A stretch of 64,000 nucleotides of DNA from the NCBI GenBank assembly GCA_002633005.1, contig NMRA01000373.1:300275-364274 (forward strand). Direction: 5' to 3'. Below, in pieces: positions 1 to 14,159 of this stretch. Below the pieces are notes generated by a model. It was given only the letters and a program-made list of their open reading frames with translations. It did no database searches and had not been told where the DNA came from. A program made the translations under genes and the position numbers. Every line of letters begins with the position of its first letter. Position 1 is the first letter of the stretch. Source of the DNA: Phoronis australis. Its lineage: Eukaryota > Animalia > Phoronida.

Positions 1-1884
1 GCAACCACGGAATGCAGTGCTGAACTCTGAAAGCAATAGCTAAAACTAGCGCTGCACACTGGTGTTACTTATAAATCCAATACCATATCGATGTATTCTA
101 ATCGATAGGCTATTCTTACAGTTTTTATGGATATTTGCACAAACACAGATGTGGAAATAAATTCGGACGAAAGTACGAAACTGATCTCAATCTCCAACCA
201 TATGAACGTGTGCACGACTGTTGATCTTTTCAAAGATCAACATATAGTGTATGTTTAAGTCAGGCACTCCAAAAGAACTTGGATGTTTCTGTTTTAATAA
301 TCATGGCAATATATAAGTTCAAGTTGGTTGATACGACATATTTTTGATTAATGTGAAAATGCAATACGCCAAAACACAGCATTTAATTAATTTTGTCTTT
401 TCACACAGTCATTTTATGTCACCAAAAGTGTAAGCAACCAGCAATGGCTGTAAACGCCTCTAACTTAATCGAGGCTACATTTTGAAAACTCGTAAAAATT
501 GCAATCATTTTAAATGGGCCCGTACTCTCTTTTACCAATGACTCTTAGAAAGTACTAAGAAACCTAGCCATGCGCAATTTTAGTGCAAGAACTGTGCAGA
601 CTGGCGCTTGATTAATATGCCTTGGTGTGCGTGGTTATAGTTCAACATGTCGGGTTAGGATCCTGTGTGCGTGGTAAGAGTTCTTGATGTGTACAGTGTT
701 TGACTTCTCCAAGACGTGTTCTGTGTTTGGTTATAGGAAACTATGCTCCCAAAATGTTCAGTGCATTTGCAGACTATGTTTATTCCCTAATTTTGCATTT
801 TCTTGCCACTATAGCATTACTGTGAGGTAATTTTTTACTGATGACACTTTCATATTAATGTATCTGAAAAATGAACCCACATTTCAATGAAAACAAACAG
901 GGAAAAAGTCCTGAAATTAAGGGGTCCCATTTATTTCGATTCATTGCAATATATAATTTCAATAACATTAAGAATAAAATGTATAGTTTACTCTTGGTAT
1001 GTACAAAGCTAAAACTTGACGTAGCAATGAAGATAAAATAGCAGAAGAAAAAACAGTAAGTGTTTGCACAAAGTTCACAAATGCACTGAAAATTTAGGGA
1101 ACATAGTTGAGTCCCTAGTGGGACTGTTGTGGCACGCAACTGGGGTCCACAGTATAGTGGGGTTTAATTAGTACCCGTTACTGTACTGTTAAGAGGTAAA
1201 AAGACTAGCATCATAGATCGAGCTCAGGGTGTGACCACAGCTGGTAATGAACAATAAATATCACTCCATGCATGGACGTTCCAGTTTGCATGGTATATAC
1301 ATGCTCAGTCCATTCTCCAGGAAGATAGTGACCTGGTAGTAATAACACGTGCTAGCAGCCTTTACGTTACCACTTCGGGCACTCTCATATGACACGGTAC
1401 GAGTGATATCTGCAGGGATAACATGCTGAAAAGCAAACCTGAAAACAGAAGGTCTCTATATTATGAGACATGGCTAACGATTTAAGAGTGACTCCATATA
1501 AAAACCAACAGGTAGAGTCTATACCCAAAATCACCGATTTTTTTGAAACTTAGCACATGAGTTTGGTTTGTTGAGATGTAGAAAAACCTCACTTTTTAAG
1601 AATTTTCATTCATTATTATTCTTTTTATGACCTGTACCTCCATTTTGCAACAAAATTGGGCTTCGAAGTAGGCATGTTTGAATGCATTTTACTAGTATGT
1701 GTGGTACGGTCAAAACAAATGAATGATACGAATTGAAAGGGCAATGGCTGAATAATTTAATGGCATAACGTTCAAAATTCATTTTGTAACAGAGCAAGTC
1801 TCCATTGAACCTCAGAATATGTATTTTCTCTCATCAGGCATTCGTTTCAGTTCAATTTGCACATGATAACGATCAACTTTCCAT

Positions 1885-2052
1885 GAAAGCAAAAGAAGGA
1901 AACACCCTTCTCCTAAGCCTGTCGCTAGCGAAGTGCCCGACACATACAGTCGCGCCCACATGCCCACGTAACAAAGGCGCACTGAGACGCAACAAAGACA
2001 TTAGCATAAGAATAACTGAACACTTGCAACTAAATAAGAATAACAATAAGCG
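1885..2052 (-). mobile_element. LTR fragment nested in the Kolobok-like element, related to 25941-26120
   Basis: Reverse complement matches 25960-26110 (gcgtctcagtgcgcctttgttacgtg...tgtgtcgggcactt..gctagcgacagg). Confidence 0.5.
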
Positions 2053-2548
2053 NNNNNNNNNNNNNNNNNNNNNNNNNNNNNNNNNNNNNNNNNNNNNNNN
2101 NNNNNNNNNNNNNNNNNNNNNNNNNNNNNNNNNNNNNNNNNNNNNNNNNNNNNNNNNNNNNNNNNNNNNNNNNNNNNNNNNNNNNNNNNNNNNNNNNNNN
2201 NNNNNNNNNNNNNNNNNNNNNNNNNNNNNNNNNNNNNNNNNNNNNNNNNNNNNNNNNNNNNNNNNNNNNNNNNNNNNNNNNNNNNNNNNNNNNNNNNNNN
2301 NNNNNNNNNNNNNNNNNNNNNNNNNNNNNNNNNNNNNNNNNNNNNNNNNNNNNNNNNNNNNNNNNNNNNNNNNNNNNNNNNNNNNNNNNNNNNNNNNNNN
2401 NNNNNNNNNNNNNNNNNNNNNNNNNNNNNNNNNNNNNNNNNNNNNNNNNNNNNNNNNNNNNNNNNNNNNNNNNNNNNNNNNNNNNNNNNNNNNNNNNNNN
2501 NNNNNNNNNNNNNNNNNNNNNNNNNNNNNNNNNNNNNNNNNNNNNNNN
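2053..2548. other. Assembly gap
   Basis: Run of N. Confidence 1.
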
Positions 2549-4946
2549 GGAAAACATCTTGTTTTCATTTGAAAGAGTTTAGACTTGGTTTCTATAACTA
2601 TTTAAAGCAGACTTCTTGCCTAAAAGTTTGTTCAAATGGCCGGTCTGTAAACTCTGCTCGTCATTTCCAAGCTATGAAAATAGACAGTTTTGCAAGACAA
2701 TTTTCACTGAAGTGCAAAGTTGAGGCAAGATTTTTTATTGCTTAGTCATCAAGACTAACTCTTCAACTGTATGTTCAAAACGTCACATAAGTCTACAAGG
2801 TGTTTTATGGCAGTAAGAAGGTCATAAAAATGGCCACTGAAATTAGCCCCAAAAAGTGGTCTGTGGATTATCTCCCCTGTCTTGCACAAAACTGTTAGAT
2901 TTTAATAAATGGCACAGAATTATGCACCGCATGCGTTGGTTATTTCAGCCACCAAAACATAGCTTTTGATCTATTTTGTATGTTACTCATTTTTTTGCTG
3001 AAAACATGCGATTTTTGAGACGGCTAATATGCCCAATTGTGCCAATTTGTTTTATCATGCTCCAGCGGCGAAATTAAGGGTCATTGAGTGCACAAAATTT
3101 GGCATTTGGGTTTTTGTTAGGATACCTACCCATGTACAAAAATGAAGTTGTTTTAAATTTTGACGTATAGACTGATTTTTGAAAATCTACTGGTTTTTAT
3201 ATGGACTGCCTCTTAAACAGTCTTGGAATAATGATACCAAGCACTTCATAAGTAAGTATAGTGGAGCCCAGTTTAATGTCAACCCCTTTGCTTTCTTATA
3301 AATTACGATAATAATGGGACATTCCGTTTTAGCAGGTTTCAACTTGGTGTCAATCGTAACCACTCTAATATATAAGTTACATTAAAAGATGCAAGGCAAG
3401 ACAGTCATTATTTGGGTTTGTAAATGCCTTTACGTATACATAAGGAGGAGAACTCATTAGGTCCTACATTATCGTTTCCCAGCCAACAAGATGAATGTAT
3501 TTAACCCATTGCGATTTAATGGCTGCATTCCAAAGTCCTTGGACTTTTATGACCAGCTTCTGTTGAGTGGGTTTAGGCCAGAGTTAGATGTCCGTGATAA
3601 TGACCACATAATGGGGAGGTCTGATTTGAGTACCTAACTGAACAATAGGGGACGCTAATCTTAATGATGTTAATACCCTCAAAGAATATTGGTGAGTTTT
3701 GAATAGGGAAGGGCGTGAAGTACCGAAAACCAGGGAACTCCTCCTCCCGAAAAAATCCCCCAAAACGACACCTCCTGTCAGCAAACTAAGACTCTCCGTT
3801 TTTACGTTTGACCAGCGCCTGACAATTATTTTGTAACAGAATATAAAACCAACCAACGAGACACTTATAAGGTGTTTAAGACAACACCCTTACTGTGAAA
3901 AAGGGAAAGGAATTAAAGCCGTTTAAATCACTCCCATCATGGTATGTGACCAAAAAGATCCAGTTCAAAATCCGTGCTCCCTCACTCACCTGTGCTGTCC
4001 CAGTTGCAAGGCTGACCTGGCATTGGCGCGCGTTTCTTTTCATCCGGTGGTCTCCAGACTGACTGATAGAAGGACTGTCTTATGCACAGCTCATCCGTCA
4101 AACCCACAACATGCTTGTGTTTGTTTTTGTAGTAAGTATACTTCAATGTCGTATTGCCTGCACACAAATAGCCATGATGTCTGTTTAGTCCTATACAAGT
4201 GAGATTACATGCTGATACGACGACTTACAAGTTCTGTACAACTACATGTACCAACAAATGACTTACGATGCATGAGCTAACCAGTTGAAAGACTTATAGT
4301 ACGTGTGGGGAAAACAGGGCACAATGGAACGTGGATTGGCGTAAAAATTAATTACAGCAGAATGCATGGGTAAAACGTTGTTCCCTCAGTTATTAATAAA
4401 AAGAGAGTTTAACATCAAATTAAATGAACAAAATTGGTTTTTGGACAAAAACTCACTTCTGGGAATACAGTTAGGTACAAAAATATTCATTAACTAGCTT
4501 TGACCAGAGCTGTGAAACACCAAAATGTGTTTTTAAATTCATGTTAATGGAAATTGCTATGGATCACTGATGTTAGCTTCCAGTCATTTAGTAATAAGAT
4601 TCAACTGAGATCAGAGCTGAAGATCTTATTGGTTAAATACACTTAATACTCGACAACTTGAGGCTTTGATTTCTTTAGCTCTACTACCACAGCGTTAGAC
4701 TGTGACTGATTACGATACGGATTTCAAATCTGTCTTGAGGCTGATTTCAAATGCAAAGCACATTGGCTGATAATGTCACTTTCAATGCTTAATCATTTTA
4801 AGGTTCTGCACTGTAGCCATCCTCATACAGTTTGAGATATATGCAGGAGTGCTGAATGACCTTTGAAACGAAATAAAGTCAAATTTGGTAAGTATTTTGT
4901 TGAGATAAATAAGCTATTACTGTTACTTGTAAAGAATGGCAAAGAT

Positions 4947-5192
4947 AAAACATAATTACAGGCGGCCTGAAGACTGGTACACATTGTACCACACGTGCGC
5001 AGGACGCTCAGGTTGGCTCGTGGCACTGATCAGCAGCTGGAACCCTTCGATGCTTTATTAAAAGTTAAAACCGAGCTGCGAGGAGCTAGAAACCTGACTC
5101 AAGAGTCTAGCAGTGTGCCCAGTAGGACTTGAACCCACGACGTTTAGTAAAGAAAGCGGACACCTATCACAATAGGCCTCACAGCCTCCTCT
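4947..5192 (-). mobile_element. tRNA-derived SINE with 12-bp TSD
   Basis: TSD aatggcaaagat at 4935-4946 and 5193-5204. The minus-strand head has A-box-like gaggcctattgtg and B-box ggttcaagtcc. Confidence 0.75.
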
Positions 5193-8100
5193 AATGGCAA
5201 AGATGATTTAACGTAATAACTGTTAGTGCAAGACAAAAGTATTCAGATAAAATGACCCTTCTCCATGATGATGGATGGCAAGAAGTCAAATTTATCATCA
5301 GAGTAGCCTTTCCTCATGACTCCGGATGAAGGGGAATTGAGACAGAATTTAGTAAGGGTGGCTAAACCACTCTGTAATTAGGAACTCATTGACAAGTCTG
5401 CATACTTACCCAAATATGCCCAAAACCATAGATTTTAAGTCAGTAAAGTATACATTTTCTGAAATTAGAAAGGCTGTGGAATTCTGATTTTTTGACATTT
5501 TACGAATCTGCTATAATTGTATCATGTGGCCATGTCTTTTTAATAAAATTTAGACTCTGACAAAAAAGTACATTGATAGCAAACCAACAGCATCGACAAC
5601 ATGACCAAATTTTGTTTGATATAAATTTTCAAGATGAAATATCAAAAACACAGTTATAGTTTTCTAAAACATCTCTTCGTTTTCAATTTACTCAACTTTT
5701 TCATGGAAATCATAAAACTAATAGTCCTATTTTTGATAGCACCTTAAGCTAAAATGGGACATTTTGAAAACAATTTTTTTCAGATTTTTGACATAGAGTC
5801 TGACGCTTTCACATACATCTGATCAGCCATTTCTGAGATGCGACTCTACAAAACAGTAAGCCAAATATGGACACTTTTCTAATACACAACATAAAACATC
5901 ATTATTTAACTGTTCAAGTCAATGGCCTTAATTTCGCTGAATGTCTGACAGACAAGGGAGGATTATCAATTTGTAATAAAAACCAACAGAAAACAACGTA
6001 TTTTATTGTTATCTCTGGTCAAAACTGAAACTCAAAGAGTCAATAAAATTGAACAATAATTAGAAACGCATTTTGGCTGCCAAAACTGTGATAAAGGTTT
6101 TTGTTTTGCAATGTTCAAACTCAAGAAGGTGCCTGAAAATAACACAGCTTTACCATATCACTGAATGTGATTTGGATCTCTGTTGCTGCTAGGTTTTTAC
6201 AGGTGTCTAGGACTATATTGCCGCTGACCCTGTCACCGCGACGATAGACAAACTTTTCAGCAAGAGGTATGTAGGGGCAGCTGTCCGTCGATGTTTCTAC
6301 AATGTCCGTGGCAAAATTATCTCAAGGTTATTTATAAATAAAAATTTCTTAAACCAGGACAATAAAAGTTGACAAGAAGCAAAGAGTACAAGGAAACATA
6401 CTTTTTAAAAATATTCATTTGCATAAAAATGGTCTCGCAAAACGAGACTTTCGTGATATTGTAATGGTAACTGGTTCTCGGATGGTTTCCGAGACATTGA
6501 TATGAGAAGACCCGGGGTAGTTTTGTAAATTAGTACGTCATTTGCATATTCACAATTGCATGGGACGATGTATCTTCGATGTAGTTCGACTTATTTGTAC
6601 CAAAAGGCAACTTGACATGTATCTTTCCTTTCAATTACGTATTTAAGCACTAAGTACTAAGATAGACAAAGGATATGTACACAACACCCATTTAAGTTCA
6701 TGACTTGACTTTAAGTGAAGCATGTTATCACATGAATATGCTTTCAGGAAGAAAGTTTTTTATTGAAAAAGTACACAGTTCCCAATGAATGAACTTTTAC
6801 TTGTACACAACTAGTTTAGTGTTGTTCTTGTGATTTCCTAACTTCTGTTTTTCTATCTAGGCTTGGCATCCTTCTTCTAGTACAGCAGAAGTGCAGAGAT
6901 AGAGGTAATTTACTGTACCTACACCATTCTTTCTTGCCATTTCTGCGCAAGCTGGATAGTTCCATACGACAAGAGTTCGTTGGTAACCATAGACACAAAA
7001 TCGTAAAGGTAAGCATATGGCAGTTTTAAAATAAGAGATTAAATCATGCTGCAGTCCAACCTTTCCCTGCCTCCTTATCTTAGATTATCCAGGATTAGGT
7101 GGTAAAATTGTGAACATATACATTCACTAGAATATCAAGCCTGTCACAGTAGTGCTTGATTTAGCAATGAGATGTAAAATTTTGGGGTTTCCAGGTAGTG
7201 CTACACTCCTGAATGACCTGTTATGTTCACTAGTCCAACTTGTGGGTCCAAATCGTGTTGCCCATACTTCATCACTAAACATTCTAGTTGTGTGCCTCTG
7301 GATACCCCACACACACTTTACATCTTGCCATGTTTCCCTATGCAGATTATACAATCCAAGGTAAAAGATGATATAGGGTTGGTGACAATGGGTGTGACAA
7401 TTACAATGTCAAGACTGACAAAGTCATCCTACAGTTATGATGTACATGTGATTAGCGACTTTGTAAGAACAATTCTTGTCGTAAATATACCAATGCACGT
7501 ATTGGTGGTTTCTTCAGAGGAGAGGCAGGCAGAAGCTTTGAAGGCAGAGGTACGTGAACAAAAGGCGCCATGGATTTGCGTGATAAACTTTATCGTCAGG
7601 TAGCAGTTTATAAAACGTGAATTAAATTGATGTGTATCATATCATTTGCTCAAATTGTCCAAATAATTTTCTGTGGTCTGTTTCTAAATTTGTGTAGCTA
7701 TTGTCCTTGTAGTGTTGTACAGCAAAATAGAATACACATGTACTTTAAGGGTTATCGTTGTTGCATTTTGCAGATCTACATGTATGAACATCACAACCAT
7801 TATGATATCACACTGACTTAGCTAATGTTAAACAACAATTTCAGTAAACGTAATGCGAAGTACAACAATAATATTTGCACACATGAGAGGTGCCATTCGA
7901 ACCAAAAACCAAAAAAATGCACTAGTAAAAAATTGTAGCAGTCTTTTCATATTCAGAGCACTGGCAGGCCTGTTACTACTGTTACTAGGGCATGTGTACA
8001 TTGTTGTGTCCCTCAGTCCTTTTTTGCTTCTTCCTGAGTGGAATCCCATGGGTATGCAGAAGAACATTTTGGTACGCTTACCCGGTTGCAACAGTACCCC

Positions 8101-10284
8101 TGACTTCTCTCTGCAATTTCTTTGTCCATACGGCATGTGGAAAATTTACTGATGTCAATTTTCCACTTGTTATGTACTTGTACTGGCTAAAAAATTTATT
8201 TTCATCAGCACTACCCTTCAACTGCAATTGAGAAATGTAGTAGCCTGGATGTCTGGTCAGCTAATACTGGCACGATGCTTTGCATGAGGATACGCAAATT
8301 TGTACAAGACCTTAGGTCTGAAAGGAAACAATGAAAACACTCTCATATTTGTTGTTGCAACTACCAGCAGCGTCCTCGAACTGGACTTTACACAGGCTGA
8401 GGTCTGCATAACCTCCCGATGCTTTACGTATTTTGCAGTAATTGCTGCTATCACCTGGAATTCGAAAAAGGCAAGGTTGTCTGTAGGTAATTTAAGGTAA
8501 AACAGAAGCTTTTACATCAGCAGTTTTCACTTGTAGAATGTTTTTTTTTTGTTTTCTGATTGTTAAAATAATAGATTTATAATAGTCTACTGGTCATTCT
8601 GCGACAACATAATGCATTGTCACATTTCTTTTGTGCTTGGTCCTAGTTACATGTCCTATAATTGGATACATAGTCACTCTTGTCGTGGTCATGGAGATGA
8701 TGAGTTGAGTAAATGGTGTTTTGATTCTCCGATTCCGTACGTACATGTACATGTAGTACCGGTACTACTACAGTAAGTGAAACTTTGGTTTACTTGAATT
8801 AAAGTACAGACCCAAATATTTCTCAAATTAAAACCTTATTAAAGCAACAGAAATATGTGAAGCACTCAAATTACCTCAACTTTGTCTAAGTAACTGCTAA
8901 AATCAACTATTCATTAAGCGGTCTTTGTATCAAGCTCGTTTTTGTGATGTAAAGCTGCTTCTGCTTTACTGTTGTCACACCCACAATGATCAAATTTATT
9001 GACTTCAAGCAGGGTCCAAAATCCCAATTAAGTTCTAATATCACACAGTGTCTAATCAAAGTTTGCTATCGTTGAATTGTTTTTTGTACTCCTCTGCCAG
9101 GAAATAAACCTTCTCTCTCCAGGTGAAGTACACTGTAGCTGTGAAGTCTTCACTCGTATGAGACATAAAAGTGTAATTTGCACATGTATTGATTTAAAAA
9201 TTCAACTATAGAAGTTGGTGCTAAGGTGATGTCCAACTTGATGACTTCGGGAGGGGGGCTTTTATTCAGAGAAAATATGTTTTGGAGGAGCTGCCGCTCA
9301 GATGTGTGTCGGTTCAGGTTCATATTTCACAAGAAAGTGCATTTTTCCAATGAAAAGGAAAACTCTGCAAAATGGTTTTATATTTCTTTAAGTTGTTTTC
9401 CTTTAAAAATAACGTAGGCCAAAGTCGTTTATTCAATTTCAAGAGAATAAAGGAACAGTTTGGAAAAAAATGCAACATTTTCATAGATACTCCTATCAAA
9501 TTGGTTTCCCTTAATTGCGGTTGCTTACGTACATTGTACTAAACGAAGTGTGAGGGTTTGTCTTTCCACAGTCTGAAAGGATCTATCCTAGTCCCAGCTG
9601 CATATTATGTATCAAAGAATAAATATTAATATGGGCAGCACTCAAACGCAATAGTTTGAAATCCTATAATTATGTCTATAGATATTATAGTACCATGCTT
9701 TTTTCATTAATTTAATACTCACGATTTCGCTCCTGGTCTTCAAAGAAAGCAATCTTTAAAGCTCCCTTTCTCTCCGTGTACTCCTCGATACCCTTCCCGT
9801 CGCACTCATCTATAATTTCAGTCAGCTTCTCAACACAAAAATTACTGTAATAAACGATAGCTCATCACTGAGTTTTCTCAAGCTCAGCTGTCAAATCATT
9901 CGATAGTTGTACTCTGTAATATCTCACCCTCCGCGTTTTGTTTCTTTGACGTTGTTTGATGTTGCGGTATCGTGAAACAACGCCGACGGGTGAGAGAAGT
10001 TGCACTGGATAATTGGAATTGACTGCAGTTCTTTCCTTTAGAGAGCCCGGAATCAACTGCGCCGTTTTCTTGGCAAGTCACAGTGCCTGGCTAAATTTTT
10101 CTGAGCATTGAAGACATCGGCCTTTTCCTGCGCTAATCAACCTTTTATCTGCAAAATAAATCATGTTACGCCTAATTTTATGCCATTTTTGCACAATTTG
10201 TGGCGCTCAATCATATCCCTGGCCTGTTGTAAGTATAAAGTTAGATATTTCGGTAAAAATAGTACACAGCTACAATTGCGAAGT

Positions 10285-10555
10285 TCATGACGGCGACATC
10301 CCGTTGCTCCCAACTTGTTCGATTGTATAGCCCAACAACAAGTTGGAACGTTTACCCCCGTAGCCAATTAACTCCATTCGGGCGTTGATGGTTGGAGGGC
10401 CTGTGCTCTTTTTTGATAACTGCTCTAATCTCCGATCAGACCGTATCTAGCCTGACTGGGGTGGGCTGATAAAAATGAAAGTTAAGTTAAGCCAGATGTT
10501 ATCGCACGTTAAGCAACCCTCAGGTCTGGAAAAGTTACTGAACGACAGGACAACG
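10285..10555. repeat. Dispersed repeat, 3 copies (also ~50885-51405 and ~61335-61893); this copy has an internal deletion
   Basis: Shared catgacggcgacatcccgttgctc ... ggaaaagttactgaacgacag. Confidence 0.8.
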
Positions 10556-11239
10556 TAATGTGCAACGGAATCGATTTAACGATTGCGCATGTCCGGAAAT
10601 TAAGGTGCGCAAAGCCTATTGGGATTGATGAACGTATGTGGAATGGCCGACTTGGTTGCACGGCGTGTGATTTGTGTGCATTTAACTACGCTGCTTTCTG
10701 TAATTCTGCCGCTAGTCGCCCAAATAAGCGTACATGCCCCTGTAATTGCCCCCACACGTTTTCAGACTTCGCTAAAGTAAGCCCCCAGCCCATGAAACTA
10801 CATGAGAAAAATGCGTTTCCCACAGTTCTAACATTCTCCAGTAACGTCTCCAAGATATTGATAAGATCCGACAGTCCTGAATTTGTAGACCACGAGCCTC
10901 GCCGTTATGTCAGTATTTAGCCGTGACTATACACTTCAAACTTACGCCGCGATTCAAAACGAACGCAAAAGTTTTGCTGCTCTTGCGAGGAATGTGTACC
11001 ACTATGGTCTGGACTTTGAAAACAGACGCAGCGTACTACATGTGGTTGTCAGTGGGATTGCATCGTATCTTTACGCTACAGATTTTCTCCCTCAACAGGA
11101 ATCCAAATTTCTTTATAGACGTGAAAACCGTGAATCAAAGACTAGCAATAAAAAAATTACCAGTGTTAGCACACGGCCAAGAAGCGCGCGCTACATAACG
11201 TATCGGCTGTGATCGAAGGCATTTAGTCGGGAACAATCT

Positions 11240-14157
11240 ATTCATGAAACTGGTAACATACTGTAAATGGTCGGTTTCCAGATGATGCATGTGGTAATTT
11301 TACATGTTTTGCTTCAGGAGGCTGCAGTTTAGTTTATTATTTACTTATATCTACTGATTTGTTTGAAATTGTGAACGATTTTAAAGTAGATGCTTGGGAC
11401 GAGTCAGATCACTTGCCAATCATATGAAGCTTTAAGCGTGAAGAACCAATGATTATGTCGTGTGATGAGACACACGTGTTACGCCCGCATCATAGCATAG
11501 AGTGGGATAGTTCCGAAACAGTTGAATACTCGCAGGCGTTTTCAGTCGAACTACACGACTGCGCAATGACAATAGAAGAATGTTTAACACAAAATGATGT
11601 AGACAAGGCGGTTCAGTGCCGTGTATCTCAGATCTATACTTTCAGACGGCATTGACATTATTTTTCAAATCATAAAAACGAGTCGATCTCTGGAAAAAAT
11701 AAAGGCAATTAAAGAATCCAAATCAACCCATGTGGTGGGATAAAGAATCTGCCAAAAATGCTAAACATGGATCCTTAAGTCGATTTCGGTGTTATACATC
11801 CGCTTCAAACATGGATAATTATAAATTAAAAAGAAAACAATTCCCTGACTTGTATAGACAAAAAGAGAAAATTATGAAGCTCGTTTACTGGAAAGTATTT
11901 CCAAGACAGGAACAACCCAAAAGAGTTTTGGAAAATGATCAAATTTAGTACGCAACCTCCGAGGTGCGCAGCCACGTCTATTACCCCACAAAAATGGTAT
12001 GATTATTTCAAGAGTCTTTTAAACCAAAAAGTGCCTGTTAGCGATCCACTCATGAATACTGTCGTCAATAGGCTGACAAGCCATGATATCTGCTGTGAAA
12101 AGTGTACCCACAACATACAACATGATATGTCAAATGCAGACATTTTGTGTTATGAAATTATCCAGAATATTGATCAGCTCCCATATGGCAAGGCCGCTGG
12201 TATTGATGGAGTTACTTTTGTAATATTAAAATGCACTAAAACATTCATTTCGCCGATTCTGCAAAACGGTTGTTAAATGTAATTTTCCCGTCAGGCTCCT
12301 ATCCCCAGGCTTGGTGTGATGCGATGTTAATTCCGTTGTTTAAACAAGAAAACGTGGACGATGAGAATAATTATAGAGGTATTTCGCTTCTGTCGGCTAT
12401 TGGGAAACTCTTTACCAGAATACTGAATAACTGATTGTACAACTGGGCCGAACATAATGATCAACTTTTGAAGTCCAAGCAGGGTTCCGCAAGGGCTACG
12501 CGATTGTTGATCATAATATTTTCTTTGTATGCGATATGTCAGAAACACAAAGGGTGGCAGGTTCTATTGTGCATAAATTGACTTTTCAAAAGCTTTTGAT
12601 CGAGTGCCACAAATTTTGCTTTTTCATAGACTTATTCAAATTAATGTTCATGGTAATATGTTATCAATTCTCCGATCAATGTATAGCAAGTTGAGATCAT
12701 GTGTTAAAACACGTCATGGTTTAACAGACTTATTTAATTGCACTATTGGTACTCGACAAGGCTGTATGATAAGCCCTCTACTATTTGTTTTGTATCTCAC
12801 AAAAAATCAATTCACGTTGTGGTATAAGTAGCATCTACTTAGATGAACATGCTACAAATATTAATTCACCATTATATGCAGATGACATGGTTTTGTTCTC
12901 TCTAACAGCGTCAAACTTGCAACATATGTTGAATTGTCTCAATGATTATTGTGATTCATGGGGCATGGCTATGAATTTTAAGAAAACCAAAATAATTGTA
13001 TTTAGAAATAGAGGTCCCTTAAGACACTATGATAAATGTTTTTTACCAAACAGCAAGTTGATGTTGTATCTCATTATGTATATCTTGGTGTTTTTATCAC
13101 AACTAAATTGCCATGGTCGAAAGCGACAAAAACTTTTTCTTGTCAAGCAAATAAAGCTGCATCACGTGTTTTGAAATTACAGCGCAGATGTCGCGATATG
13201 CCCCCATAACTTGCCTTTCAGTTATTTGATAAACTGGTGTACCAAACATTATGTTATGGTGCCGAGATTTGGGGTTTTAAAGAATACGAGTTTTTAGAAA
13301 AAAAATCATTTAAAATTTTGTAAATGGATCCTGGGACTTGGCAGTTCTTGCTCTAACGCTGCAGTATTGGGTGAATGTGGCAGATACCCTATGTTAACAA
13401 GATACTTTGTTAGCTGTATCAAATACTGGTTTACAATTTTGAATATGCCACAGGAACCTTATCCAAGGGCCGCTTACAACATGTTGTACAGACTAGATTA
13501 AAATGGTAGACATACATGTATGTATAATTGGGCACGCTCATTCCGCAATTTATTGTCATTGTATGGTTTCTATGATGTTAGGGTAAACCAAGGAGTCGCG
13601 TGTCAAGAGTCGTTTGTAAATATTTTCTCACAACGGGTTAAGGACTGTAAAGATGGCAGTCCGATGTTGATTACAATTCTAAGTTAAACCATTACAAAAA
13701 TTTTAAGGTTGTATTTGAAAATGAAAACTATTTAGAATTGAAAATCTTCCAAGAGTGTTCGTGCAAAGTTTTACACGTTTTCGATGTGCAAACCAGAGAC
13801 TGGCAGTAGAAACCGGTCGTCACGTAAATGTGATATATCAAGACAAGAGTGTTTACATTATGCTGGAGGAATTGTGTCGAGGATGAATATCACTTTTTGT
13901 TAGTTTGCGACGCTTTTTCCGAAATCAGAGTTAAGTTTATAAGTGAGAGGTGAGAGCCTCTGGACAAGTCCTTCTTTGTTTAAATTTCATAGACTATTAT
14001 GTAATCCCGATATCTCAACTGTGAAATATGTATACTACGCATCTAAAAAACGGAACAGTTTGTGTATTACTGACTAGTGTGCATAGCACTCCAATGATCT
14101 TGTTTGCTTGTTTGTTGTACTTTGGGCCGATGGCCATGTGTACAAAATAAATAAAGG
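11240..14157 (+). mobile_element. Degenerate non-LTR retrotransposon (RTEX-like LINE): end of APE endonuclease, RT, C-terminal Cys/His region
   Basis: ESDHLPI (~11401), KAAGIDG, NYRGISLLS, DFSKAFDRV, GTRQGCMISPLLF, LYADDMVL, LCYGAEIWG, LAVETGRH, EDEYHFLLVC. Many stops and frameshifts; ends aaataaataaag. Confidence 0.85.
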
Positions 14158-14159
14158 AA

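Larger units (their letters stand above)
1486..3212. mobile_element. Non-autonomous DNA transposon, TTAA TSD, Kolobok-like (spans N-gap)
   Basis: ttaa|gagtgactccatataaaaacca ... tggtttttatatggactgcctc|ttaa. The paralogous intron has an empty site (acaatttaaacaacc, ~45401). Confidence 0.75.
1305..6305 (-). pseudogene. Arrestin domain-containing (ARRDC-like) pseudogene, copy A; exon remnants 6159-6305, 3990-4157, 1305-1438 (last exon lies before the window)
   Basis: Homologous to the intact copy B exons. Exon 3990-4157 is 168 nt vs 169 (1-nt deletion, frameshift KKRAPMPG vs KKRAANAR). Exon 6159-6305 has acceptor CGG instead of TAG and donor AT instead of GT. Exon 1305-1438 has donor GC instead of GT. 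Confidence 0.85.

Noticed and set aside
1805-2572. Long ORFs spanning N runs (also 23656-24975)
   Set aside because: Artefacts of assembly gaps.
5120-5190. tRNA gene
   Set aside because: No complete cloverleaf; it is the head of a TSD-flanked SINE.
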